Assembly (NCBI GenBank): GCA_043228905.1
Contig: JBHGNT010000052.1
Location: 113,935 to 177,934, forward strand
Length of the DNA stretch: 64,000 nt
Origin: Azolla caroliniana
Lineage: Eukaryota; Plantae; Polypodiophyta
Reading direction: 5' to 3'
The notes under the pieces were generated by a model. That model worked only from the letters and a program-made list of their open reading frames with translations, had not been told where the DNA came from and searched no databases. Each line of letters begins with the position of its first letter. Within the stretch, counting starts at the first letter, position 1. The position numbers and the translations under genes were made by a program. Shown here one piece after another: positions 39,001 to 54,000 of this stretch.

Positions 39001-42000
39001 AGATTTTGAAACTTAGGTCGAGAGACATGACGAAATTAGCAAACTTGAGGAGGGAGTTGAGAGGAGCGCTTCAAACATGCGAATCGAAGCTAATAACGCT
39101 AGCTATTATATGGAACTAATAAATCAAGATTCTGAAGCTAAGGTCGAGAGACATGACGACATTAGCATTTTTAAGGAGGGAGTGGAGAAGAGCTCTTGAG
39201 TAAAGTAAAATGTTCATACCTGGGTCGTGTGATATCGGATTTCTGTGTTCAAAGATGCTAATCGAAGCTAACAACGCTAGCTTTGATATGAAATTAAAAA
39301 AGCAAGTTTCCGAAACTCACGTCGAGAGACATGACGAAATTAGCAAATTTGAGGAGGGAGTGCAAAAGAGCTCGTCAGTAAATTAAAATGTTCATACCTG
39401 GGTCGTGTGATATTGGATTTCTATGTTCAAACATGCGAATCGAAGCCAACAACGCTAGCTTTGATATGGATTTAAAAAACCAAGATTTTGAAACTCAGGT
39501 CGAGAGACATGACGATATTAACAAATTTGAGGAGGGAGTGGAGGAGAGCTCTTGAGTAAATTAAAATGTTCATACCTGGCTCATGTGATATCGGATTTTT
39601 GTGTTCAAACATGCGAATCGTAGCTAATAACGCTAGCTATTATATGGAACTAATAAATGAAGATTCTGAAACTAAGGTCGACAGACATGACGAAATTAGC
39701 AACCTTGACGAGGGAGTTGAGAGGAGCCCTTGAGTAAATTAAAATGTTCATACCTGGCTTGTGTGATATCGGAGTTTAGTGTTCAAACATGCGAATCGAA
39801 GCTAATAACGCTAGCTATTATATGGAATTAAAAAATCAATATTTTGAAACTCAGGTCGAGAGATATGAAGAAATTAGCAAACCTGAGGAGGGAGTTGAGA
39901 GGAGCCCTTGAGTAAATTAAACTGTTCCTACCTGGCTCGTGTGATATCGGATTTTTGTGTTCAAACATGCGAATCGAAGCTAACAACGTTAGCTATGATA
40001 TGGAATTAAAAACTCAAGATTTTGAGACTCAGGTCGAGAGACATGAAGAAGTTAGAAAATTTGAGGAGTGAGTTTAGAAGAGCTAGTAGGTAAATTAAAA
40101 TGTTCATACCTGGTTCGTGTGATATTGGATTTCTGTGTTCAAACATGCGAATCGAAGCTAAGGATGCTAGCTATGATATGGAATTAAAAAATCAAGATTC
40201 TGAAACTAAGGTCGAGAGACATGACGAAATTAGCAACCTTGACGAGGGAGTTGAGAAGAGCTAATAGGTAAATTAAAATGTTCGTACCTAGCTCCTGTGA
40301 TATCGGATTTTTGTGTTCAAACATGCGAATCGAAGCTAACAACGCTTGCTATGATACGGAATTAAAAACCCAAGATTATGAAACTCAGGTCGAGAGACAT
40401 GCCGAAATTAGCAACCTTGACGAGGGAGTTGAGAGGAGCTAGTAGGTAAATTAAAATGTTCATACCTGGCTCGTCTTATATCGGATTTTAGTGTTCAAAC
40501 ATGCGAAACGAAGCTAATGACGCTAGCTATGATATGGAATTAAAAACTCAAGATTTTGAGACTCAGGTCGAGAGACATGACGAAATTAGCAAATTTGACG
40601 AGTGAGTTGAGAAGAGCTCTTGAGTAAATTAAAATGTTCATACCTGGCTCGTGTGATATCGGATTTTTGTGTTCAAACATGCGAATCGAAGCTAACAACG
40701 CTAGCTATTATATGGAACTAATAAATCAAGATTTTGAAACTCCGGTCAAGAGATATGAAGAAACTAGCAAACCTGAGGTGGGAGTCGAGAGACATGACGA
40801 AATTATTAACCTTGACGAGGGAGTTAAGAGGAGCCCTTGAGTAAATTAAAATGTTTATACCTGGCTCGGGTGATATCGGATGTTTGTGTTCAAACATGCG
40901 AATCGAAGCTAACTACCTTAGCTATGATATGGAATTAAAAAATCAAGATGTTGAAACTTGGGTCGAGAGGAGTTGAGAGGAGCCCACGAGTAAATTAAAA
41001 TGTTCATATCTGGCTCGTGTGACATCGGATTTTCCTGTTCAAAAATGTGAATTGAAGCTAACAACGCGAGCTATTATATGAAATTAAAAATTCAAGATTT
41101 TGAAACTCAGGTCGAGAGACATGACGAAATTCGCAACCTTGACCAGTGAGTTGAGAAGAGGTAGTAGGTAAATTAAAATGTTCATACCTGGTTCGTGTGA
41201 TATCGGATGTTTGTGTTCAAACATGCGAATCGAAGCTAATAATGGTAGCTATGATATGGATCTAATAAATCAAGATTTTGAAACTCAGGTCGAGAGACAT
41301 GACGAAATTCGCAACCCTGACGAGGGAGTTGAGAGGAGCCCTCGAGTAAATTAAAATGTTCATACCTGGCTCGTGTGATATCGGATTTTTGTGTTCAAAC
41401 ATGCGAATCGAAGCTAACAACGCTAGCTATGATATGGAATTAAAAAGTCAAGATTCTGAAACTAAGGTCGAGAGACATGACGAAATTAGCAACCTTACGA
41501 GGGACTTGAGAAGAGCTAGTAGGTAAATTAAAATGTTCATACCTGGGTCGTGTAATATCGGATTTCTGTGTTCAAACATGTGAATCGAAGCTAACAACGC
41601 TAGCTTTGATATGGAATTAAAAAACCAAGATTCCGAAACTCAGGACGAGAGACATGACGACATTAGCATATTTCAGGAGGGAGTGTAGAAGAGCTCTTGA
41701 GTAAGTTAAAATGTTCATACCTGGGTCGTGTGATATCGGATTTCTGTGTTCAAAGATGCGAATCGAAGCTAACAACGGTAGCTTTGATATGGAATTAAAA
41801 AAGCAAGATTTTGCGACTCAGGTCGAGAGACATGACGAAATTCGCAACCTTCACGAGGGAGTTGAGAAGAGCTAGTAGATAAATTAGAATGTTCATACCT
41901 GGCTCGTGTGATATCGGAGTGAGTACAGAAGAAACTCAAATCGAGAGACATGAAGAAATTAGTAAATTTGAGGGAGTACAGAAGAGATTGTCAGTAAATT

Positions 42001-45000
42001 AAAATGTTCATACCTGGGTCGTGTGACATTGGATTTCTATGTTCAAACAACGCTAGCTATTATATGGAACTAATAAATCAAGATTTTGAAACTCAAATCG
42101 AGAGACATGAAGAAATTAGCAAATTTGAGGGAGTACAGAAGAGATTGTCAGTAAATTAAAATGTTCATACCTGGGTCGTGTGACATTGGATTTCTATGTT
42201 CAAACAACGCTAGCTATTATATGGAACTAATAAATCAAGATTTTGAAACTCAGGTCGAGACATATGAAGAAATTAGCAAACCTGAGGAGGGAGTTGAGAG
42301 ACATGACGAAATTATTGACCTTGACGAGGGAGTTGAGAGGAGCCCTTGAGTAAATTAAAATGTTCATACCTGGCTCGTGTGATATCGGATGTTTGTGTTC
42401 AAACATGCAAATCCAAGCCAGCAACGCTACCTATGATATGGAATTAAAAAATCAAGATGTTGAAACTCAGGTTGAGAGACATGACGAAATTAGCAAATTT
42501 GAGGAGTGAGTTGAGAAGAGCTAGTAGGTAAATTAAAAGGTTCATACCTGGTTCGTGTGATATCGGATTTTTGTGTTCAAACATGCGAATCAAAGCTAAG
42601 AACGCTAGCTATGATATGGAATTAAAAAATCAAGGTTCTGAAACTAAGGTCGAGAGACATGACGAAATTAGCAACCTAGACGAGGGAGATAAGAGGAGCC
42701 CTTGAGTAAATTAAAATGTTCATACCTGGCTCGTGTGATATCGGATTTTTGTGTTCGAACATGCGAATCGAAGGAAACAACGCTAGCTATGATATGGAAT
42801 TAAAAAATCAAGATTTTCAAACTCAGGTCGAGAGACATGACGAGATTAGCAACCTTGACCAGTGAGTTGAGCAGAGCTAGTAGGTAAATTAAAATTTTCA
42901 TACCTGGCTCGTGTGATATCAGATTTTTGTATTCAAATATGCGAATCGAAGCAAACAACGCGAGCTATGATATGGAATTAAAAAATCAAGATTTTGAAAC
43001 TCAGGTCGAGAGACATGACGAAAATAGCAAACTTGAGGAGGCAGTTGAGAGGAGCCCATGAGTAAATTAAAATGTTCATAACTAGCTCTTGTGATATCGG
43101 ATATCTGTGTTCAAACATGCGAATCGAACCTAACAACACTAGCTATGATATAGAATTAAAAAACCAAGATTTTGAAACTCAGGTCGTGAGACATGACCAA
43201 ATTAGCAACCTTGACGAGGGAGTTGAGAGGAGCCCACGATTAAATTAAAATGTTCCTACCTGGCTCGTGTGATATCGGAATTTCCTGTTCAAAAACTGTG
43301 AATTGAACCTAACAACGCAAGCTATGATATGGAATTAAAAAATCAAGATTTTGAAACTCAGGTCGAGAGATATGACGAAATTAGCAACCTTGACCAGTGA
43401 GTTGAGAAGAGGTACTAGGTAAATTAAAATGTTCATACCTGGCTCGTGTGCGATCTGATTTTTGTGTTCAAACATGCGAATCGACTCTAATAACGATAGC
43501 TATGATATAGAATTAAAAAAGCAAGATTTTGAAACTCAGGTCGAGAGACATGACGAAATTAGCAACCTTGACGAGGGCGTTGAGAGGAGCCCTCGAGTAA
43601 ATTAAAATGTTCATAATTGGGTCGTGTGATATCGGATTTTTGTGTTCAAACATGCGAATCGAAGCTAACAACGCTAGCTATGATATGGAATTAAAAAAGC
43701 AAGATTTTGAAACTCAGGTCGAGAGACATGACGAAATTAGCAACCTTGACGAGGGAGTTGAGAGGAGCCCTCGAGTAAATTAAAATGTTCATAATTGGCT
43801 CGTGTGATATCGGATTTTTGTGTTCAAACATGCGAATCGAAACTAACAACGCTAGCTATGATATGGAATTAAAAAACCAAGATTTTGAAACTCAGGTCGA
43901 GAGTCATGAAGAAATTGGCAAACTTGACGAGGGAGTTGAGAAGAGCTAGTAGGTAAATTAAAATGATCATACCTGGCTCGTGTGATATCGGATTTTTGTG
44001 TTCAAATATGCGAATCGAAGCAAACAATGCTAGCTATGATATGGAATTAAAAAATCAAGATTTTGAAACTCAGGTCGAGAGACATGACAAAAATAGCAAA
44101 CTTGAGGAGGGAGTTGAGAGGAGCCCTTGAGTAAATTAAAATGTTCGTACCTGCCTCGTGTGATATCGGATTTTTGTGTTCAAACATGCGAGTCAAAGCT
44201 AACAACGCTAGCTATGATGTGGAATTCAAGACACAAGATTTTGAAACTCAGGTCGAGAGACATGACGAAATTAGCAACCTTGACGACGGAGGTGAGAGGA
44301 GCTAGTAGGAAAATTAAAATGTTCATACCTGGCTCGTGTGATATTAGATTTTTGTGTTCAAACATGCGAAACGAAGCAAACAACGCTAGCTATGATATGG
44401 AATTAAAAAATCAAGATTTTGAAACTCATGTCGAGAGACATGACGAAATTCGCAACCTTGACGAGGGAGTTGAGAAGAGCTAGTAGGTAAATTAAAATGT
44501 TCATACCTGGCTCGTGTGATATCAGATTTTCGTGTTCAAACATGCGAATCGAAGTTAACAACGCTAGCTATGATACGGAATTAAAAAATCAAGATTTTGA
44601 AACTCAGGTCGAGAGACATGACGAAATTCGCAACCTTGACGAGGGAGTTGAGAAGAGCTAGTAGGTAAATTAAAATGTTCATACCTGGCTCGTGTGATAT
44701 CGGATTTTTGTGTTCAAACATGCGAATCGAAGTTAACAACGCTAGCTATGATACGGAATTAAAAAATCAAGATTTTGAAACTCAGGTCGAGAGACATGAC
44801 GAAATTAGCACCCTTGACAAGTGAGTTGAGAAGAGCTAGTAGGTAAATTAAAATGTTCATACCTGGCTCGTGTAATATCGGATTTTTGTGTTCAAATATG
44901 CGAATCGAAGCTAACAACGCTAGCTATTATATGGAATTAAAAACTCAAGAATTGGAGGCTCAAATCGAGAGACATGACGAAATTAGGAAATTTTGAGGAT

Positions 45001-48000
45001 TTAGTTGAAATGAGCTAGTAGGTAAATTAAAATGTTCGTACCTGGCTAATGTGATATCGGATTTTAGTGTTCAAACATGCGAGTCGAAGCTAACGACGAT
45101 AGCTATGATGTGGAATTAAAAACACAAGATTTTGAAACTCAGGTCGAGAGACATGACGAAATTATCAACCTTGACGAGAGAGTTGAGAGGAGCTACTAGG
45201 AAAATTAAAATGTTCATACCTGGCTCGTGTGATATCGGATTTTTGTGTTCAAACATGCGAATCGAAGTTAAGAACGCTAGCTATGATATGGAATTAAAAA
45301 TAAATATTTTGAAACTCAGGTCGAGAGATATGACGTAATTAGCAAACCTGAGGAGGGAGTTGAGAGGAGGCCTTGAGTAAATTAAAATGTTCCTACCTGG
45401 CTCGTGTGATATCGGATTTTTGTGTTCAAACATGCGAATCTAAGCTAACAACGCTAGCTATGATATGGAATTAAAAACTCAATATTTTGAAACTCAGGTC
45501 GAGAGACATGACGAAATTAGCAAATTTAAGGAGTGAGTTGAGAAGAGCTAGTAGGTAAATTAAAATGTTCATAACTGGCTCGTGTGATATCGGATATTTG
45601 TGTTCAAACATGCGAATCGAAGCTAACAACGGTAGCTATGATATGGAATTAAAAACTCAAGAATTGGAGGCTCAAATCGAGAGACATGACGAAATTAGCA
45701 AATTTTGAGGAGTGAGTTGAGAAGAGCTAGTAGGTAAATTCAAATGTTCGTACCTGGCTCGTGTGATATCGGATTTTTCTATTCAAACATGCGAGTCGAA
45801 GCTAACAACGCTAGCTATGATGTGGAATTGAAAACACAAGATTTTGAAACTCAGGTCGAGAGACATGACGATACTAGGAACCTTGACGAGGGAGTTAAGA
45901 GGCGCTAGTAGGAAAATTAAAATGTTCATACCTGGCTCGTGTTACATCGGATTTTTGTGTTCAAACATGCGAATCGAAGCAAACAACGCTAGCTATGATA
46001 TGGAATTAAAAAATCAACATTTTGAAACTCAGGTCGAGAGACATGACGAAATTCGCAACCTTGACGAGGGAGTTGAGAGGAGCTAGTAGGTAAATTGAAA
46101 TGTTCATACCTGGCTCGTGTGATATCGGATTTTAGTGTTCAAACATGTGAAACGAAGTTAATAACGGTGGCTATGATATGGAATTCAAAACTCAAGAATT
46201 CGACACTCAGATCGAGAGACATGACGAAATTAGCAAATTTGAGGAGTGAGTTGAGAAGAGCTAGTAGGTAAATTAAAATGTTCGTACCTGGCTCGTGTGA
46301 TATCAGATTTTTGTGTTCAAACATGCGAATCGACGCTACCAACGCTAGGTATGATATGGAATTAAAAACTCAAGATTTTGAAACTCAGGTGGAGAGACAT
46401 GACGAAATTAGCAAATTTGAGGAGGGAGTTGAGAAGAGCTAGTAGGTAAATTAAAATGTTCATACCTGGGTCGTGTGATATCGGATTTCTTTGATCAAAC
46501 ATGCGAATCGAAGCTAACAACGCTAGCTTTGATATGGAATTAAAAAACCAAGATTCCGAAACTCAGGAGGAGAGACATGACGACATTAGCATATTTGAGG
46601 AGGGAGTGGAGAAGAGCTGTTGAGTAAATTAAACTGTTCATATCTGGGTCGTGTGATATCGGATTTCTGTGTTCAAAGATGCGAATCGAAGCTAACAACG
46701 CTAGCTTTGATATGAAATGAAAAAAGTAGGATTTTGAAACTCACGTCGAGAGACATGACGAAATTAGCAAATTTGAGGAGGGAGTGCAGAAGAGCTCATT
46801 AGTAAATTAAAATGTTCATACCTGGTTCGTGTGATATTGGATTTCTATGTTCAAACATGCGAATCGAAGCCAACAACGCTAGCTTTGATATGGGATTAAA
46901 AAACCAAGATTTTGAAACTCAGGTCGAGAGACCTGACGATATTAGCAAATTTGAGGAGGGAGTGGAGAAGAGCTCTTGAGTAAATTAAAATGTTCATACC
47001 TGGCTCGTGTGATATCGGATTTTTGTGTTCAAACATGCGAATCGAAGCTAACAACGCTAGCTATTATATGGAACTAATAAATGAAGATTTTGAAACTCAG
47101 GTCGAGAGATATGACGAAATTACCAAATTTGACGAGGGAGTTGAGAAGAGCTAGTAGGTAAATTAAATTGTTCATACCTGGCTCGTGTGATATCGGATAT
47201 TTGTGTTCAAACATGCGAATCGAAGCTAACAACGGTAGCTATGATATGGAATTAAAAACCCAGGATTTTGAAACTCAGGTCGAGAGACATGAAGAAATTA
47301 GCAACCTTGAGGAGGGAGTTGAGAAGAGCTAGTAGATAAATTAAAATATTCATACGTGGCTCGTGTGATATTGGATTTTTCTGTTCAAATATGCGAATCG
47401 AAGCTACAAACGCTAGCTATGATATGAAATTAAAAACTCAAGAATTGGAGGCTCAGATCAAGAGACATGAAGAAATTAGCAAATTTTGAGGAGTGAGTTG
47501 AGAAGAGCTAGTAGGTAAATTCAAATGTTCGTACCTGGCTCGTGTGATATCGGATTTTTCTATTCAAACATGCGAGTCGAAGCTAACAACGCTAGCTATG
47601 ATGTGGAATTAAAAACACAAGATTTTGAAACTCAGGTCGACAGACATGACGAAATTAGCAAATTTGAGGGAGTTAAGAGGCGCTAGTAGGAAAATTAAAA
47701 TGTTCATACCTGTCTCGTGTTATATTGAATTTTTGTGTTCAAAACATGCGAATCGAAGCAAACAACGCTAGCTATAATATGTATTTAAAAAATCAACATT
47801 TTGAAACTCAGGTAGAGAGACATGACGAAATTCGCAACCTTGACGAGGGAGTTGAGAAGAGCTAGTAGGTAAATTAAAATGTTCATACCTGGCTCGTGTG
47901 ATATCGGATTTTAGTGTTCAAACATGTGAAACGAAGTTAATAACGGTAGCTATGATATGGAATTCAAAACTCAAGACTTGGACACTCAGATCGAGAGACA

Positions 48001-51000
48001 TGACGAAATTAGCAAATTTGAGGAGTGAGTTGAGAAGACCTAGTAGGTAAATTAAAATGTTCGTACCTGGCTCGTGTGATATCAGATTTTTGTGTTCAAA
48101 CATGCGAATCGAAGCTACCAACGCTAGCTATGATATGGAATTAAAAACTCAAGATTTTGAAACTCAGGTGGAGAGACATGACGAAATTAGCAAATTTGAG
48201 GAGGGAGTTGAGAAGAGCTAGTAGGTAAATTAAAATGTTCATACCTGGGTCGTGTGATATCGCATTTCTTTGTTCAAACATGCGAATCGAAGCTAACAAC
48301 GCTAGCTATGATATGGAATTAAAAACTCAAGATTTTGAAACTCAGGTCGACAGACATGACGAAATTACCAAATTAGACGAGGGAGTTGAGAAGAGCCAGT
48401 AGGTAAATTAAAATGTTCATACCTGGCTCGTGTGATATCGGTTATTTGTGTTCAAACATGCGAATCGAAGCTTACAACGCTAGCTTTGATATGGAATTAA
48501 AAAAGCAAGATTTTGAAACTCAAATCAAGAGACATGAAGAAATTAGCAAATTTGAGGAGGGAGTACAGAAGAGATCGTTAGTAAATTAAAATGTTCATAC
48601 CTGGGTCGTGTGACATTGGATTTCTATGTTCAAACAACGCTAGCTATTATATGGAACTAATAAATCAAGATTTTGAAACTCAGGTCGAGACATATGAAGA
48701 AATTAGCAAACCTGAGGAGGGAGTTGAGAGACATGACGAAATTATTGACCTTGACGAGGGAGTTGAGAGGAGCCCTTGAGTAAATTAAAATGTTCATACC
48801 TGGCTCGTGTGATATCGGATGTTTGTGTTCAAACATGCAAATCCAAGCCAGCAACGCTACCTATGATATGGAATTAAAAAATCAAGATGTTGAAACTCAA
48901 GTCGAGAGACATGACGAAATTAGCAAATTTGAGGAGTGAGTTGAGAAGAGCTAGTAGGTAAATTAAAAGGTTCATACCTGGTTCGTGTGATATCGGATTT
49001 TTGTGTTCAAACATGCGAATCAAAGCTAAGAACGCTAGCTATGATATGGAATTAAAAAATCAAGGTTCTGAAACTAAGGTCGAGAGACATGACGAAATTA
49101 GCAACCTTGACGAGGGAGTTGAGAGGAGCCCTTGAGTAAATTAAAATGTTCATACCTGGCTTGTGTGATATCGGAGTTTAGTGTTCAAACATGCGAATCG
49201 AAGCTAATAACGCTAGCTATTATATGGAATTAAAAAGTCAAGATTTTGAAACTCAGGTCGTGAGACATGACGAAATTAGCAACCTTGACGAGGGAGTTGA
49301 GAGGAGCCCACGAGTAAATTAAAATGTTCATACCTGGCTCGTGTGATATCGGATTTTCCTGTTCAAAAATGTGAATTGAAGCTAACAACGCGAGCTATGA
49401 TATGGAATTAAAAACCCAGGATTTTGAAACTCAGGTCGAGAGACATGACGAAATTAGCAAATTTGAGGAGGGAGTTGAGAAGAGGTAGTATGTAAATTAA
49501 AATGTTCATACCTGGCTCGTGTGATATCGGATTTTAGTGTTCAAACCAACGATATGGAATTAAAAAACCAAGATTTTGAAACTCAGGTCGAGAGACATGA
49601 TGATATTAGCAAATTTGAGGAGGGAGTGGAGAAGAGCTCTTGAGTAAATTAAAATGTTCATACCTGGCTCGTGTGATATTGGATTTTTTTGTTCAAACAT
49701 GCGAATCGAAGCTAACAACGCTAGCTATTATATGGAACTAATAAATCAAGATTTTGAAACTCAGGTCGAGAGATATGAAGAAATTAGCAAACCTGAGGAG
49801 GGAGTTGAGAGGAGCCCTTGAGTAAATTAAAATGTTCCTACCTGGCTCGTGTGATATCGGATTTTTGTGTTCAAACATGTGAATCTAAGCTAACAACGCT
49901 AGCTATGATATGGAATTAAAAACTCAATATTTTGAAACTCAGGTTGAGAGACATGACGAAATTAGCAAATTTAAGGAGTGAGTTGAGAAGAGCTAGTAGG
50001 TAAATTAAAATGTTCATACCTGGCTCGTGTGATATCGGATTTTTGTGTTCAAACATGCGAATCGAAGCTACCAACGCTAGCTATGATATGGAATTAAAAA
50101 CTCAAGATTTTGAAACTCAGGTGGAGAGACATGAAGAAATTAGCAACCTTGACGAGGGAGTTGAGAAGAGCTAGTAGATAAATTAAAATGTTCATACCTG
50201 GCTCGTGTGATATCGGATTTTAGTGTTCAAACATGTGAAACGAAGCTAATAACGGTAGCTATGATATGGAATTAAAAACTCAAGATTTTGAAACTCAGGT
50301 GGAGAGACATGACGAAATTAGCAAATTTGAGGAGGGAGTTGAGAAGAGCTAGTAGGTAAATTAAAATGTTCATACCTGGGTCGTGTGATATCGGATTTCT
50401 TTGTTCAAACATGCGATTCGAAGCTAACAACGCTAGCTTTGATATGGAACTAATAAATCAAGATTTTGAAACTCAGGTCGAGAGATATGAAGAAATTAGC
50501 AAACCTGAGGAGGGAGTTGAGAGGAGCCCTTGAGTAAATTAAAATGTTCCTACCTGGCTCGTGTGATATCGGATTTTTGTGTTCAAACATGCGAATCTAA
50601 GCTAACAACGCTAGCTATGATATGGAATTAAAAACTCAATATTTTGAAACTCAGGTTGAGAGACATGACGAAATTAGCAAATTTAAGGAGTGAGTTGAGA
50701 AGAGCTAGTAGGTAAATTAAAATGTTCATACCTGGCTCGTGTGATATCGGATATTTGTGTTCAAAATGCGAATCGAAGCTAACAACGGTAGCTATGATAT
50801 GGAATTAAAAACCCAGGATTTTGAAACTCAGGTCGAGAGACATGAAGAAATTAGCAACCTTGACGAGGGAGTTGAGAAGAGCTAGTAGATAAATTAAAAT
50901 GTTCATACCTGGCTCGTGTGATATCGGATTTTAGTGTTCAAACATGTGAAACGAAGCTAATAACGGTAGCTATGATATGGAATTCAAAACTCAAGAATTG

Positions 51001-54000
51001 GACACTTAGATCGAGAGACATGATGAAATTAGCAAATTTGAGGAGTGAGTTGAGAAGACCTAGTAGGTAAATTAAAATGTTCGTACCTGGCTCGTGTGAT
51101 ATCGGATTTTTGTGTTCAAACATGCGAATCGAAGCTACCAACGCTAGCTATGATATGGAATTAAAAACTCAAGATTTTGAAACTCAGGTGGAGAGACATG
51201 ACGAAATTAGCAAATTTGAGGAGGGAGTTGAGAAGAGCTAGTAGGTAAATTAAAATGTTCATACCTGGGTCGTGTGATATCGGATTTCTTTGTTCAAACA
51301 TGCGAATCGAAGCTAACAACGCTAGCTTTGATATGGAATTAAAAAACCAAGATTCCGAAACTCAGGACGAGAGACATGACGACATTAGCATATTTTAGGA
51401 GGGAGTGGAGAAGAGCTCTTGAGTAAATTAAAATGTTCATACCTGGGTCGTGTGATATCGGATTTCTGTGTTCAAAGATGCGAATCGAAGCTAACAACGC
51501 TAGCTTTGATATGAAATGAAAAAAGCAAGATTTTGAAACTCACGTCGAGAGACATGACGAAATTAGCAAATTTGACGAGGGAGTGCGGAAGAGCTGGTTA
51601 GTAAATTAAAATGTTCATACCTGGGTCGTGTGATATTGGATTTCTATGTTCAAACATGCGAATCGAAGCCAACAACGCTAGCTTTGATATGGAATTAGAA
51701 AACCAAGATTTTGAAACTCAGGTCGAGAGACCTGACGATATTAGCAAATTTGAGGAGGGAGTGGAGAAGAGCTCTTGAGTAAATTAAAATGTTCATACTT
51801 GGCTCGTGTGATATCGGATTTTTGTGTTCAAACATGCGAATCGAAGCTAACAACGCTAGCTATTATATGGAACTAATATATCAAGATTTTGAAACTCAGG
51901 TCGAGAGATATGAAGAAACTAGCAAACTTGAGGTGGCAGTCGGGAGACATGACGAAATTATTAACCTTGACGAGAGAGTTGAGAGGAGCCCTTGAGTAAA
52001 TTAAAATATTTATACCTGGCTCGTGTGATATCGGATGTTTGTGTTCAAACATGCGAATCGAAGCTAACAACGTTAGCTATGATATGGAATTAAAAAATCA
52101 AGATGTTGAAACTCAGGTCGAGAGACATGACTAAATTACCAAATTTGAGGAGTGAGTTGAGAAGAGCTAGTAGGTAAATTAAAATGTTCATACCTGGCTC
52201 GTGTGATATCGGATTTTAGTGTTCAAACATGTGAAACGAAGCTAATAACGGTAGCTATGATATGGAATTCAAAACTCAAGAATTGGACACTCAGATTGAG
52301 AGACATGACGAAATTAGCAAATTTAAGGAGTGAGTTGAGACGCTAGCTATGATACGGAATTAAAAAATCAAGATTTTGAAACTCAGGTCGAGAGACATGA
52401 CGAAATTAGCACCCTTGACAAGTGAGTTGAGAAGAGCTAGTAGGTAAATTAAAATGTTCATAACTGGCTCGTGTAATATCGGATTTTTGTGTTCAAATAT
52501 GCGAATCGAAGCTAACAACGCTAGCTATTATATGGAATTAAAAACTCAAGAAGTGGAGGCTCAAATCGAGAGACATGACGAAATTAGCAAATTTGAGGAG
52601 GGAGTTGAGAAGAGCTAGTAGGTAAATTAAAATATTCATACCTGGCTCGTGTGATATCGGATTTTAGTGTTCAAACATGCAAATCGAAGCTCATAACGGT
52701 AACTATGATATGCAATTAAAAAATCAAGATTTTGAAACTCAGGTCGAGAGACATGACGAAACTAGCAACCTTGACGAGGGAGTTGAGAGGAGCCCTCGAG
52801 TAAATAAAAATGTTCATACCTGGCTCGTGTGATATCGGATTTTTGTGTTCAAACATGCGAAGCAAAGTTAAGAACGCTAGCTATGATATGGAATTAAAAA
52901 TCAATATTTTGAAACTCAGTTCGAGAGATATGACATAATTAGCAAACCTGAGGAGGGAGTTGAGAGGAGGCCTTGAGTAAATTAAAATGTTCCTACCTGG
53001 CTCGTGTGATATCGGATTTTTGTGTTCAAATATGCGAATCTAAGCTAACAACGCTAGCTATGATATAGAATTAAAAACTCAATATTTTGAAACTCAGGTC
53101 GAGAGACATGACGAAATTAGCAAATTTAAGGAGTGAGTTGAGAAGAGCTAGTAGGTAAATTAAAATGTTCATACCTCGCTCGTGTGATATTGGATATTTG
53201 TGTTCAAACATGCGAATCGAAGCTAACAACGGTAGCTATGATATGGAATTAAAAACCCAGGATTTTGAAACTCAGGTCGAGAGACATGAAGAAATTAGCA
53301 ACCTTGACGAGGGAGTTGAGAAGAGCTAGTAGATAAATTAAAATGATCATACCTCGCTCGTGTGATATTGGATTTTTGTGTTCAAATATGCGAATCGAAG
53401 CTAACAACGCTAGCTATGATATGAAATTAAAAACACAAGAATTGGAGGCTCAGATCAGGAGACATGAAGAAATTAGCAAATTTTGAGGAGTGAGTTGAGA
53501 AGAGCTAGTAGGTAAATTCAAATGTTCGTACCTGGCTCGTGTGATATCGGATTTTTCTAGTCAAAGCTAACAACGCTAGCTATGATGTGGAATTAAAAAC
53601 ACAAGATTTTGAAACTCAGGTCGAGAGACATGACGATACTAGGAACCTTGACGAGGGAGTTAAGAGGCGCTAGTAGGAAAATTAAAATGTTCATACCTGG
53701 CTCGTATTATATCGGATTTTTGTGTTCAAACATGCGAATCGAAGCAAACAACGCTAGCTATGATATGGAATTAAAAAATCAACATTTTGAAACTCAGGTC
53801 GAGAGACATGACCAAATTCGCAAATTTGAGGAGGGAGTTAAGAAGAGCTAGTAGGTAAATTAAAATGTTCATACCTGGGTCGTGTGATATCGGATTTCTT
53901 TGTTCAAACATGCGAATCGAAGCTAACAACGCTAGCTTTGATATGGAATTAAAAAACCAAGATTCCGAAACTCAGGACGAGAGACATGACGACATTAGCA

